From Candidatus Multivorans sp. (GTDB lineage Bacteria > Acidobacteriota > Thermoanaerobaculia > Multivoradales > Multivoraceae), in NCBI GenBank assembly GCA_965224025.1, contig OZ245033.1, forward strand, positions 3,168,001 through 3,232,000: DNA of 64,000 nt. Direction: 5' to 3'. Positions 39,021 through 49,522 of the stretch are shown piece after piece. The notes beneath the pieces were generated by a model. The model was not told the origin of the DNA and did not search any database. It saw only the letters and a program-made list of their open reading frames with translations. How positions within the stretch are numbered: the stretch's first letter is position 1; each line of letters starts with the position of its first letter. The translations under genes and the position numbers were made by a program.

Positions 39021-39572
39021 CTACGATGTCGGCTCGAGGATCGCCTGGTAGGTGAGACGGCGGCTCAGCGAGCGAACGTCCGGGCGCAGGGGGCCGAAGT
39101 GCTGGATCATGCCGACGAAGACGAGATCTTCCTTCGGGTCGATCCAGAACCAGGTGCCGGCGGCGCCGCCCCAGTAGTACTCGCCCTTGGAGATGCCGTC
39201 GGCGGCGACGGGGTCGAGGATGACCGCGAAGTCGAGGCCGAAGCCGGTGCCCGGGGACATCTCGCCGAGTTCGCGAGGGAGGTGGTTCCGGTGCATCAGT
39301 TTGACGGTCGAGGGCGCGAGGATGCGCGCGCCGTCCAGTTCGCCGCCGTTGAGGAGCATCTGGCTGAAGCGCATGTAGTCCCTCGTGGTCGATACCAGGC
39401 CGCCGCCGCCGGAGAGGAATGTGGGCGGATCGAGGTAGTCGCGGCGGCCGCCGAAGCCCTCCTGGGCGAGCAGGTTGCCGTCCTCATCGTGGGTGTAGAC
39501 CTGGGAGAAGCGGTCGGCCTTGTCTGCCGCGACGTGGAAGGCGGTGTCGTTCATGCCCAGCGGACCGAACAC
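39021..39572 (-). pseudogene. 5'-truncated serine hydrolase (beta-lactamase family)
   Basis: Begins mid-protein at FGPLGMNDTAF; SGGGGLVST and WGGAAGT.FWIDP present; SxxK half absent. Confidence 0.8.
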
Positions 39573-39654
39573 CGGAAGCCGCGCATCCTACCAGTCTGCG
39601 ACGCTCGGATGGCCGCTCGGTTGAGGCGGCCGCTGCTACGATTGGCGGCTCGCG

Positions 39655-40659
39655 ATGGAGAAGACGATCGACAGGCCCAAGCTGGCGCGGGACATCATGG
39701 TGACCAAGCTGGTCACGGTGCATCCTCGTACCCACGTGTACGACGGCATCAGCGCCTTGCTGCGCCATCGCATCACCGGCGCGCCGGTGATCGACGAGCG
39801 GCATCGCTACCTGGGCATGCTGTCCGAGAAGAGTTGCCTTGCCGTGCTCACGGTGACCGCGCGCGGGGCGGACGAGCGCGGTCTGGCCCGGAGCCGGAGC
39901 ACGCTGGCCCGCGACTTCATGGCCACCCGCCTGGTGACGCTGCAGGCCGGCATGTCCGCGCTCGACGCGATCGGTCTGCTGCTCAAGAACCGGATTTCGG
40001 GCGCGCCGGTGGTCGATGAGAACGGTCGGCTGCTGGGGGTCTTCTCCGAGAAATTCTCGATGGAGGTCCTCCTGGGACTGGCCTACGACCAGTTGCCGGC
40101 GGCGCCGGTCGACGCCTTCATGAACACGGACTTCGGCCGCGTGATCGACGGTTCCGAGCCCCTGCTCGAGATCGCCCAGCGGTTTCTCGATACGGAGTAT
40201 CGGCGCCTTCCGGTTGTCGACGGCGGTGCGCTTGTAGGCCAGGTCAGCCGCCGGGACGTGCTCGCGGCGTCGCACCACCTGACATCGGCGCTCGACGGCC
40301 GTCGCTCGATACTGCGCGAGCGCAGCGGCGAACTCGGCCTGGAGGATCTGGCGGCGCCGGACGACGAAGGCGAATCCGGGGACTTCGAACTCGACTCCAC
40401 GGACGCGTCGGCCTTCATGGACCGCAAGGCGCGCACGATCTCCGAGGACACGGACATCCTGAGCATCGCCCGCATCTTCAAGAGCACGCCCTATCGCCGG
40501 CTGCCGGTGCTCCGGGGCCGCGGGCTGGCCGGGCAGATCAGCCGCCGGGACGTGCTCGCCGCCACCCACGGCCTCCTGGTGCGGGAGCCGCAGCCGGGTC
40601 AGGCGCTGCTCTACCTGAGTGCCGTGGTCGATTCCGGCGAGCGGCCCTCGTTGTCCTGA
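39655..40659 (+). CDS. Four-CBS-domain protein
   Basis: Two GAPV(I/V)DE..SEK-type units followed by two YRRLPV...SRRDVLAA-type units. Confidence 0.88.
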   Translation: MEKTIDRPKLARDIMVTKLVTVHPRTHVYDGISALLRHRITGAPVIDERHRYLGMLSEKSCLAVLTVTARGADERGLARSRSTLARDFMATRLVTLQAGMSALDAIGLLLKNRISGAPVVDENGRLLGVFSEKFSMEVLLGLAYDQLPAAPVDAFMNTDFGRVIDGSEPLLEIAQRFLDTEYRRLPVVDGGALVGQVSRRDVLAASHHLTSALDGRRSILRERSGELGLEDLAAPDDEGESGDFELDSTDASAFMDRKARTISEDTDILSIARIFKSTPYRRLPVLRGRGLAGQISRRDVLAATHGLLVREPQPGQALLYLSAVVDSGERPSLS

Positions 40660-40735
40660 CCCCTGAGTGTCGCAGTCTGGGCCGCGATAGGTTCGGTCCC
40701 TTGATCCCCGGTTTGGAAGACTGGAAGGAGAAGCC

Positions 40736-42415
40736 ATGTCCCAGTTGAGTGTGGATCTCTCGCCCTGGAGGCGTCTGTTCGGCTTCGGACTGGCCGTTCT
40801 GGTCGCTCTCTCGGCGGTGACCGCGCCGCTGGCGGCTGCCGATGACGAGGACGAAGAAGAGAAACTGGTCCAGCCGGCGCCTCCGCGCCCGGACGGCGAA
40901 GGCGAAGGTCCCTTCGACCGCCTGATTCTGCGCGGCGTGACCGTCATCGACGGCACCGGCGCGCCTCCCTCGGGGCCGGTCGACATCGTCATCGAGGGCA
41001 ACCGGATCGAGGAGATCAAGGGCATCGGCATGCCGGGCACCGAGATCGACGAGAGCAAGCGGCCGAAGGATGCCGACGGCGAACTTGATCTCGGCGGGTC
41101 CTACGTGCTGCCCGGCCTGGTCGATCTGCACGCCCACACCGGCGGCGTGCCGAAAGCGCCCACGGCGGAGTACGTCTACAAGCTGTGGTTGGCGCACGGC
41201 ATCACGACCGTCCGCGGCGTACCCACCGGGCCCATGGACTGGGACCTGAGCGAGAAGGAGCGCAGCCGGAAGAACGAGATCACCGCGCCGCGCATCGTCT
41301 CCTATCAGCGCCCCGGCGGCGGCAAGGAGTGGAAGGACCGGAAGATCCGCACACCGGCCGACGCGCGGGAGTGGGTGCGATACGCCCACGACAAGGGCGT
41401 GGAGGGATTGAAGCTGGGCGCCTACCCGCCGAAGATCATGGCGGCTCTGATCGACGAGGCCGCCAGCCTGGGAATGGGATCGACGGCCCACCTCGACCAG
41501 ATGGGGGTGGCGCACATGAACGCTCTCGACGCCGCCCGCCTCGGCCTGGTCGGCATGACCCACTTCTACGGCCTGTTCGAGTCGATGTATGACGGCGCCG
41601 ACGTGCAGCCCTGGCCGGCGCGGATGAACTACATGGACGAGCAGTTCCGCTTCGGCCAGGTGGCCCGCCAGTGGCGTCTGGTCGAGCCCGGCGGGGAGCG
41701 CTGGAACGCCCTGCTCGACGAGTTTCTCGCACTCGACTTCTTCATCAACCCGACGATGACGATCTACTCGGCCGGCCGCGACGTGATGCGGGCGCGCAAC
41801 GCCGACTGGCACGCTGACTACACCCTGCCCACGCTCGCCGAGTTCTACGCTCCCAGCCGCGAGGACCACGGCTCCTACTGGTACGACTGGACGACCTGGG
41901 ACGAGGTGGCCTGGAAGAACTTCTACCGGGTGTGGATGCAGTTCCTCAACGAGTACAAGAACCGCGGCGGCCGGGTAACGATCGGCTCGGACTCCGGGTT
42001 CATCTACCAGACCTACGGCTTCGGCACGATCCTGGAACTCGAGCTGCTCCAGGAGGCTGGCTTCCATCCGCTGGAGGCGATCCGCTCGGCGACGATGTAC
42101 GGTGCCGAGGAGTTGACCCGGGCCAGCGGCGCCGAGATGGAGTTCGGCATCGTGCGCGAGGGCATGCTTGCCGATCTCCTGGTCGTGGACGAGAACCCGG
42201 TCGCCAACCTGAAGGTGCTCTACGGCACCGGCGCGGTGCGGCTCAACGACGACACCGGCCGCCCCGAGCGGGTTGGCGGCGTCCGCTACACGATCAAGGA
42301 CGGCATCGTGTTCGACGCGAAGAAGCTGCTCGCGAACGTGGCGGATATGGTTGCCGCCGCCAGGATCCAGTCAGAGAGCCCGTTGCAGGAGACGGCGGGA
42401 GGAGCGCGGCCGTAG
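40736..42415 (+). CDS. Secreted amidohydrolase family protein
   Basis: VIDGTGAP, PGLVDLHAH, IGSDSG and ADLLVVDENP. Confidence 0.88.
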   Translation: MSQLSVDLSPWRRLFGFGLAVLVALSAVTAPLAAADDEDEEEKLVQPAPPRPDGEGEGPFDRLILRGVTVIDGTGAPPSGPVDIVIEGNRIEEIKGIGMPGTEIDESKRPKDADGELDLGGSYVLPGLVDLHAHTGGVPKAPTAEYVYKLWLAHGITTVRGVPTGPMDWDLSEKERSRKNEITAPRIVSYQRPGGGKEWKDRKIRTPADAREWVRYAHDKGVEGLKLGAYPPKIMAALIDEAASLGMGSTAHLDQMGVAHMNALDAARLGLVGMTHFYGLFESMYDGADVQPWPARMNYMDEQFRFGQVARQWRLVEPGGERWNALLDEFLALDFFINPTMTIYSAGRDVMRARNADWHADYTLPTLAEFYAPSREDHGSYWYDWTTWDEVAWKNFYRVWMQFLNEYKNRGGRVTIGSDSGFIYQTYGFGTILELELLQEAGFHPLEAIRSATMYGAEELTRASGAEMEFGIVREGMLADLLVVDENPVANLKVLYGTGAVRLNDDTGRPERVGGVRYTIKDGIVFDAKKLLANVADMVAAARIQSESPLQETAGGARP

Positions 42416-42486
42416 CGGCCTGAGAACGTCCGCCCGCTCGGACAGACCGAGAACATGGAGAACCCCCAAGTGAGACAGACAAACTC

Positions 42487-43365
42487 GTGAAACAGACACT
42501 CGTGAAGCACGCAGTCGCAATTCTGCTCGCCACCGCCGTGATCGCCGCGCCGCTGGCGGCCGGCACCGACACCGAAGTCCACGCCGACGTGGTCTACGGC
42601 CACAAGATGGGCATGGCTCTCACTTTCGATGCACTGGTGCCGGCCGAACAGAACGGCGCCGGCGTGCTGTTCATGGTCAGCGGCGGCTGGTTCTCCCGCT
42701 GGTCGGACCCGCACCGCATCGTGTCCGGTGAGGGACGCCGGTTCGGTGCGATCGGCGACCTCCTGGACAACGGCTACGCCGTGTTCATGGTCCGCCACGG
42801 CTCGGCCCCGTTGTTCAAGGTGCCGGAGGCGGTTGCCGACGTGCGCCGCGCGGTCCGCTACGTCCGCCTCCACGCGGACGATTTCGGCGTCGACCCGGAA
42901 CGGCTGGGCGTCACCGGCGGCAGCGCCGGCGGCCACCTGTCCCTGATGCTCGGCAACGCCTCGGACGAGGGGAACGCGGAGAGCAACGATCCCATCGAGC
43001 AGACAGGAAACCGCGTCGCCGCGGTGGTCGCCTACTTCCCGCCGGTCGACCTGCAGGGGCTGACCGGTCCGAACGAACGCTTCCCGGCGCTCGATTTCGA
43101 CGCGGAGAAGGCCGCCGCCATCTCGCCCGTCCTGTTCGTCAGTGAGGACGATCCGCCGACCCTGCTCGTCCACGGCGACCAGGATGCGCTCGTGGCTCTG
43201 AGCCACAGCGAGCGGATCAAGGCCGCCTTCGACGAGGCGAACGTGACCTCCAAGCTGGTGGTGATCGAGGGCGCCGCCCACGGCTTCCGCGGTGAGGACA
43301 GCCAGCGCGCCGCGAGCGCGCTGGTGGCCTGGTTCAACGAGCACCTTGGGGTGTCGTCGGACTGA
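42487..43365 (+). CDS. Secreted alpha/beta hydrolase (esterase/lipase)
   Basis: SGGW, GGSAGGHL, HGDQD and AHGF. Confidence 0.88.
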   Translation: MKQTLVKHAVAILLATAVIAAPLAAGTDTEVHADVVYGHKMGMALTFDALVPAEQNGAGVLFMVSGGWFSRWSDPHRIVSGEGRRFGAIGDLLDNGYAVFMVRHGSAPLFKVPEAVADVRRAVRYVRLHADDFGVDPERLGVTGGSAGGHLSLMLGNASDEGNAESNDPIEQTGNRVAAVVAYFPPVDLQGLTGPNERFPALDFDAEKAAAISPVLFVSEDDPPTLLVHGDQDALVALSHSERIKAAFDEANVTSKLVVIEGAAHGFRGEDSQRAASALVAWFNEHLGVSSD

Positions 43366-43404
43366 GCCCGGCTGCTCGGCTGCCTGCCTGTTCCAGCGTC
43401 AGCG

Positions 43405-43815
43405 CTACGACCCGAGCAGAGAAACCAGGTCGCGGTTCGCAACCCGGCGCACGGCCCGCGCATCGGCGGTCAGCCATTCACCGCCAGCCAGCGAAGCCAG
43501 CGCCAGGTACACCGCGTCGTAGCCTGATAGCCGCCAGCGGTCCGCGAAGTCGGCGGCAAGGGCCAGCAGTTCATGTCCGTTTCCGACCCGGGTCATGCCG
43601 AGCGCCTCGACCAGAGAAAGTGCCTCCTTGACCTTTGCCGGAGTGCTCCCGGGCAGGCGGCAGAGAACTGCGAGCAGCTCGTTCATGAACAGATCGGGGA
43701 CCAGGTAGCGAGCCGGATTCGCCTCGATCTCTCCGAGAACACGCTCCGCCTCTTTCACCAGGGGCTCGCTGGTCACGAACCACTTGATCGCGACCGACGC
43801 GTCTACGACGGTCAC
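43405..43815 (-). CDS. vapC: VapC/PIN toxin
   Basis: VVDASVAIKW, E, YDAVYLALA and TAD acidic PIN residues. Confidence 0.9.
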   Translation of the reverse strand: MTVVDASVAIKWFVTSEPLVKEAERVLGEIEANPARYLVPDLFMNELLAVLCRLPGSTPAKVKEALSLVEALGMTRVGNGHELLALAADFADRWRLSGYDAVYLALASLAGGEWLTADARAVRRVANRDLVSLLGS

Positions 43816-44075
43816 GACCGGAGGTCGCGAAGCATGTCGAGGGTCGTGCCTTTGGCCGGCGACTCGAACTTCAACCCGCGGAGTTTGGCGACCACTTCAC
43901 GCCGCCGGTCATCGGCCTCTTGGTCGACGAAGCGCTCCTGGTAGTCCTTCAGACTGACGAGGGCTGCCGCAGGCGTCCGGCGACGGCAGACGAGAATCGG
44001 GTCCCCGTGCCGCTCGAGGTGGTCGAGTACCTTGCCGAGACTCTGACGCAGTTGCAGGGCGTTCACCGTTCTCAT
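43812..44075 (-). CDS. Phd/YefM-family antitoxin
   Basis: MRTVNALQLRQSLGKVLD...PILV..RRTPAAALV; GTGA overlap with the toxin. Confidence 0.88.
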   Translation of the reverse strand: MRTVNALQLRQSLGKVLDHLERHGDPILVCRRRTPAAALVSLKDYQERFVDQEADDRRREVVAKLRGLKFESPAKGTTLDMLRDLRS

Positions 44076-44085
44076 GACAGTTCAG

Positions 44086-44115
44086 AGTATCCCTACTTGT
44101 ACAGTTTGGTGTCAA
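44086..44115 (-). promoter_or_regulatory. Sigma70-like promoter with TGTACA palindrome (putative TA operator)
   Basis: TTGACA-N18-GATACT; TGTACA at 44098-44103. Confidence 0.55.
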
Positions 44116-44118
44116 GAC

Positions 44119-45744
<1,626 letters not shown>

Positions 45745-45817
45745 GGCGGCTCCTGGGGTCTGGGGATTCGGAAGCGGTACCTTAGCGAGTCCCGAGGTCG
45801 CGGCGTAGACTCCGCCC

Positions 45818-47365
45818 GTGGATCCGGTCCGTCTGGAGCTGTTTTCCAATCGGTTCGCTGCGATTGCGTCCGAGATGGGCGTGATGCTGCGGCGGACCGC
45901 GATGTCGGTGAACGTGAAGGAGCGGCTCGACTTCTCGTGCGGTCTGCTCGATGCCGGCGGCAGGTTGCTGGTCAACGCGCCCCACATTCCGGTGCACCTG
46001 GGCGCTCTCGGCGAGTGCGTGCGCGGCGTCGCCGCCGAGCTTGAACTCGGCCCCGGCGATGTCGCGGTCACGAACCATCCCGGCTACGGCGGGTCCCACC
46101 TGCCGGACATCACGGTCATTGCTCCGGTCCACGTGGACGGCAGGCTGATCGGCTACGTCGCGAACCGGGCCCACCACGCTGAACTCGGCGGCATCCGCCC
46201 GGGCTCGATGCCGCCGAAGGCCGCGAACCTGGCCGAGGAGGGCGTCGTCATCGCGCCGCGGCGCCTGGTGCGGGCCGGCGAGCCCCGGTGGGAGCGGATG
46301 GAGGCGTTGCTGCGCCGCGGCCCGTCGCCGTCGCGCTCGGTGGCCGAGAATCTCGCCGACCTCGGCGCGGCGGTGGCGGCCAACCGGCGTGGAGCGGCGG
46401 CGCTTCAGCAGCTCGCGGCGGCCCACGGCGAGGACGAAGTACGGCGCTACATGACGGCGCTCTACTCGCGCGCCGCCGACCGCATGCGGATCGCTCTCGA
46501 GGATCACGTGCGGAGCACCGGACGCCAGTCCTTCCACGCGCTCGAACGGCTTGACGACGGCTCGCCGATCGAGGTCGAGGTGACGATCGATCGCGGTTCG
46601 GCCCGGATCGACTTCACCGGCAGCTCCCCGGTCCATCCGGGCAACCTGAACGCGACTCCGGCGATCGTGCGAAGCGCCACGATCTACGTGCTGCGGCTGC
46701 TCATCGGAGTGCCGCTGCAACTCAACGAGGGGTTGCTCGAGCCGGTGGAGATCGTGATCCCCCGCGGCATGCTGAACCCGGAGTTCTCGGCCGACCCGAG
46801 GCGCTGCCCGGCGGTGGTCGGGGGCAACGTCGAGACGAGTCAACGGGTTGTCGACACGCTGCTGCGGGCGCTCGGACTCTGCGCGTGCGGACAGGGCACG
46901 ATGAACAACACGCTGTTCGGCGACGACACCTTCGGGTACTACGAGACGGTCGGCGGGGGCGCCGGCGCCGGTCCCGGCTTCGTCGGCGCGAGCGGCGTCC
47001 ACACTCACATGACGAACACGCGGATCACCGATCCGGAAGTGCTGGAGCATCGCTATCCGGTGCGGATCGAGCGGTTCGGCCTGCGTCCCGGGTCGGGCGG
47101 GGCCGGCAGGTACCCGGGCGGCGACGGTCTTCGGCGCGAGCTGCGCTTCCTGTCCCGGCAGCAGCTCTCGGTGCTCGGCCAGCACCGGGTGGAGCGGCCC
47201 TTCGGCGTTCTTGGCGGCGACTCCGGAGCCGTGGGCAGTGCCCGGATCCTGCGGGCCGCGGGCGGGGTCCGGGAACTGGCCTCCGTCGATCAGGCCGATG
47301 TCGAGCCGGGAGACCTCCTGGTGCTCGAGACGCCGGGCGGCGGCGGCTGGGGCAAGGTCGAGTAG
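45818..47365 (+). CDS. Hydantoinase B/5-oxoprolinase subunit B
   Basis: NVKERLDFSC, HIPVHLG, GGSHLPD, HMTNTRITDPE and TPGGGGWG. Confidence 0.88.
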   Translation: MDPVRLELFSNRFAAIASEMGVMLRRTAMSVNVKERLDFSCGLLDAGGRLLVNAPHIPVHLGALGECVRGVAAELELGPGDVAVTNHPGYGGSHLPDITVIAPVHVDGRLIGYVANRAHHAELGGIRPGSMPPKAANLAEEGVVIAPRRLVRAGEPRWERMEALLRRGPSPSRSVAENLADLGAAVAANRRGAAALQQLAAAHGEDEVRRYMTALYSRAADRMRIALEDHVRSTGRQSFHALERLDDGSPIEVEVTIDRGSARIDFTGSSPVHPGNLNATPAIVRSATIYVLRLLIGVPLQLNEGLLEPVEIVIPRGMLNPEFSADPRRCPAVVGGNVETSQRVVDTLLRALGLCACGQGTMNNTLFGDDTFGYYETVGGGAGAGPGFVGASGVHTHMTNTRITDPEVLEHRYPVRIERFGLRPGSGGAGRYPGGDGLRRELRFLSRQQLSVLGQHRVERPFGVLGGDSGAVGSARILRAAGGVRELASVDQADVEPGDLLVLETPGGGGWGKVE

Positions 47366-47527
47366 GAAGAAGGCCAGGCAGCGGCGGTTGGGGCCGCCGC
47401 CGGGTACAATGCGCCCGTCCCGACGCGTCGGGCCAACCCTTGCCGGTCAGCAGTAGAGTCGCGGCGTCTTCGCCGCGCTGATGCGCAGGGTACATGTTGT
47501 TTCATGGAGCCAACAGGAGCCGAGTCG

Positions 47528-49399
47528 ATGAGCCAGCAACAGGTTCGAGTGAGCGAAGAGAAGGCCCGGGCGGTCGCCGAAGCATCCCGCCAGAAGGAGT
47601 GGAAGAACCCGTCTTTCATGAAGGAGCTGTTCCTGGGCAACTTCCGGTTCGACCTGATCTGTCCCTATCCCACGCGGGACGAGTGGCGCCCGGAGTTCGA
47701 GTCCTTCTACTCGGCGCTCAGCGACTTCCTGCGTGACGAGGTCGATCCGATCGAGATCGACGCCTCGGAGGACTACCCGGACCACGTGATCGACGGTCTC
47801 GCCCGGCTCGGCGCCTTCGGCATGAAGATCCCGAAGGAGTACGGCGGCCTCGGATTCGACCAGGTCGAGTACGCCCAGGTCATGGAACTGATCGGCGCCT
47901 TCGACGGCAACCTGACCGCGCTGCTCTCGGCTCACCAGTCGATCGGCGTGCCGCAGCCGCTCAACCTGTTCGGCACCGAGGAGCTCAAGCGCAAGTACCT
48001 GCCGCGCTGCGCCTCCGGCGAGATCTCCGCCTTCGCCCTGACGGAGCCGGAAGTCGGTTCGGATCCCGCCCGGCTGGCGACCTCGGCCGTGCTCGACGGA
48101 GACTTCTACGTTCTGAACGGCACCAAGTTGTGGTGCACCAACGGCACGAAGGCCGGCCTCCTCGTCGTCATGGCGATGGATCCGGCGACCGAGAAGATCA
48201 GCTCCTTCGTCGTCGAGACCGCCTGGGAAGGCGTCACGGTGGAGCGGCGCTGCCACTTCATGGGGCTCCGGGCGCTCGCCAACGGAATCATCCAGTTCGA
48301 CAACGTCAAGGTGCCGAAGAAAAACCTGATCGGCCGGGAGGGCAAGGGACTCAAGATCGCCCTGACCACCCTGAACGACGGGCGGCTGTCGATCCCGAAC
48401 AGCTCGGTCGGCGCGGCCAAGTACTGCCTAAAGGCGGTGCGCGAGTTCAGCAGCAGCCGGATCCAGTGGGGCGTGCCGATCGGCAAGCACGAGGCGATCG
48501 CGCAGAAGATCTCGGACATCGCGGCCTACGGCTTCGCGATGGAGGCGATCGTCAAGCTGGCCAGCCACATGGCGAACAACAAGAGGCTCGACCTGCGGCT
48601 CGAGAGCGCGGCCTGCAAGGAGTGGAACACCTGGCGCGGCTGGCAGATCATCGACGAGACGATGCAGGTGCGCGGCGGCCGCGGCTACGAGACGGAGTCC
48701 TCCCTGCGTGACCGCGGCGAGGATCCGGTCGGCATCGAGCGGATGATGCGCGACTTCCGGATCAACCGGATCTTCGAGGGCTCGAGCGAGATCATGCACC
48801 TGATCATGGCCCGCGAGGCGGTCGACAAGCACTTGCAGGTGGCGGGCGCCCTGATCGACAAGCGAGCCGGCTTCGGCGCCAAGCTGGCGGCGCTGCCGAA
48901 GATCGGTCTCTTCTACGCCTGGTGGTACCCGACGCGGTGGCTGGCGTGGGGCCGCTGGCCCCGCTACGCGGGCTACGGGCGCTATGCCCGCCACCTCCGC
49001 TTCATCGACCGCTCGGCGCGTAAGCTGGCCCGAGAGAGCTTCCACGGCATGCTCGTCTACCGCGAGAAGATGGAGCGCCGCCAGATGTTCCTGTTCCGCC
49101 TCGTGGACGTGGTCAACGAACTCTTCGCCATGGCCGCCTCGATCTCCCGGGCCCACACCGAGGCGCAGAAGGGCGCCGAGGACGCGACCACATCCGCGGC
49201 GCTGTGCGACCTCTTCTGCCGCATGTCGCGGCGCCGGGTGAAGCAGCTCTTCCACGAGCTGTGGCACAACGAGGACGCGCTGAAGTACCGCACCGCGCAG
49301 GACGTGATGAAGGGTCGGCACGCCGGGCGCGAGGAACTCCTGACCGCCCTCGATCCGTCGGCGCGACAGCCGCGCCAGACGGCTGCCGCCGCCTCGTAG
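47528..49399 (+). CDS. Long acyl-CoA dehydrogenase (ACAD9/VLCAD-like)
   Basis: HQSIG, FALTEPEVGSD, GGRGYE and IFEGSSEI, plus C-terminal extension. Confidence 0.92.
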   Translation: MSQQQVRVSEEKARAVAEASRQKEWKNPSFMKELFLGNFRFDLICPYPTRDEWRPEFESFYSALSDFLRDEVDPIEIDASEDYPDHVIDGLARLGAFGMKIPKEYGGLGFDQVEYAQVMELIGAFDGNLTALLSAHQSIGVPQPLNLFGTEELKRKYLPRCASGEISAFALTEPEVGSDPARLATSAVLDGDFYVLNGTKLWCTNGTKAGLLVVMAMDPATEKISSFVVETAWEGVTVERRCHFMGLRALANGIIQFDNVKVPKKNLIGREGKGLKIALTTLNDGRLSIPNSSVGAAKYCLKAVREFSSSRIQWGVPIGKHEAIAQKISDIAAYGFAMEAIVKLASHMANNKRLDLRLESAACKEWNTWRGWQIIDETMQVRGGRGYETESSLRDRGEDPVGIERMMRDFRINRIFEGSSEIMHLIMAREAVDKHLQVAGALIDKRAGFGAKLAALPKIGLFYAWWYPTRWLAWGRWPRYAGYGRYARHLRFIDRSARKLARESFHGMLVYREKMERRQMFLFRLVDVVNELFAMAASISRAHTEAQKGAEDATTSAALCDLFCRMSRRRVKQLFHELWHNEDALKYRTAQDVMKGRHAGREELLTALDPSARQPRQTAAAAS

Positions 49400-49522
49400 C
49401 CGCCCCGAAACGCCTCGCAGGCTCGGCCCAGTTTCCAGGTTGCGTCGGCCCATCCCGTCCTCACTATGACCTTGCGTCCCAGAACTTGCTGCGCTGCGTT
49501 CTGCGGCGCAAGCTCCTAGCCC

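Noticed and set aside
42470-42512. Degenerate repeat gtgagacagacaaactc/gtgaaacagacactc at the esterase start
   Set aside because: Short local slippage duplication with no evidence of function
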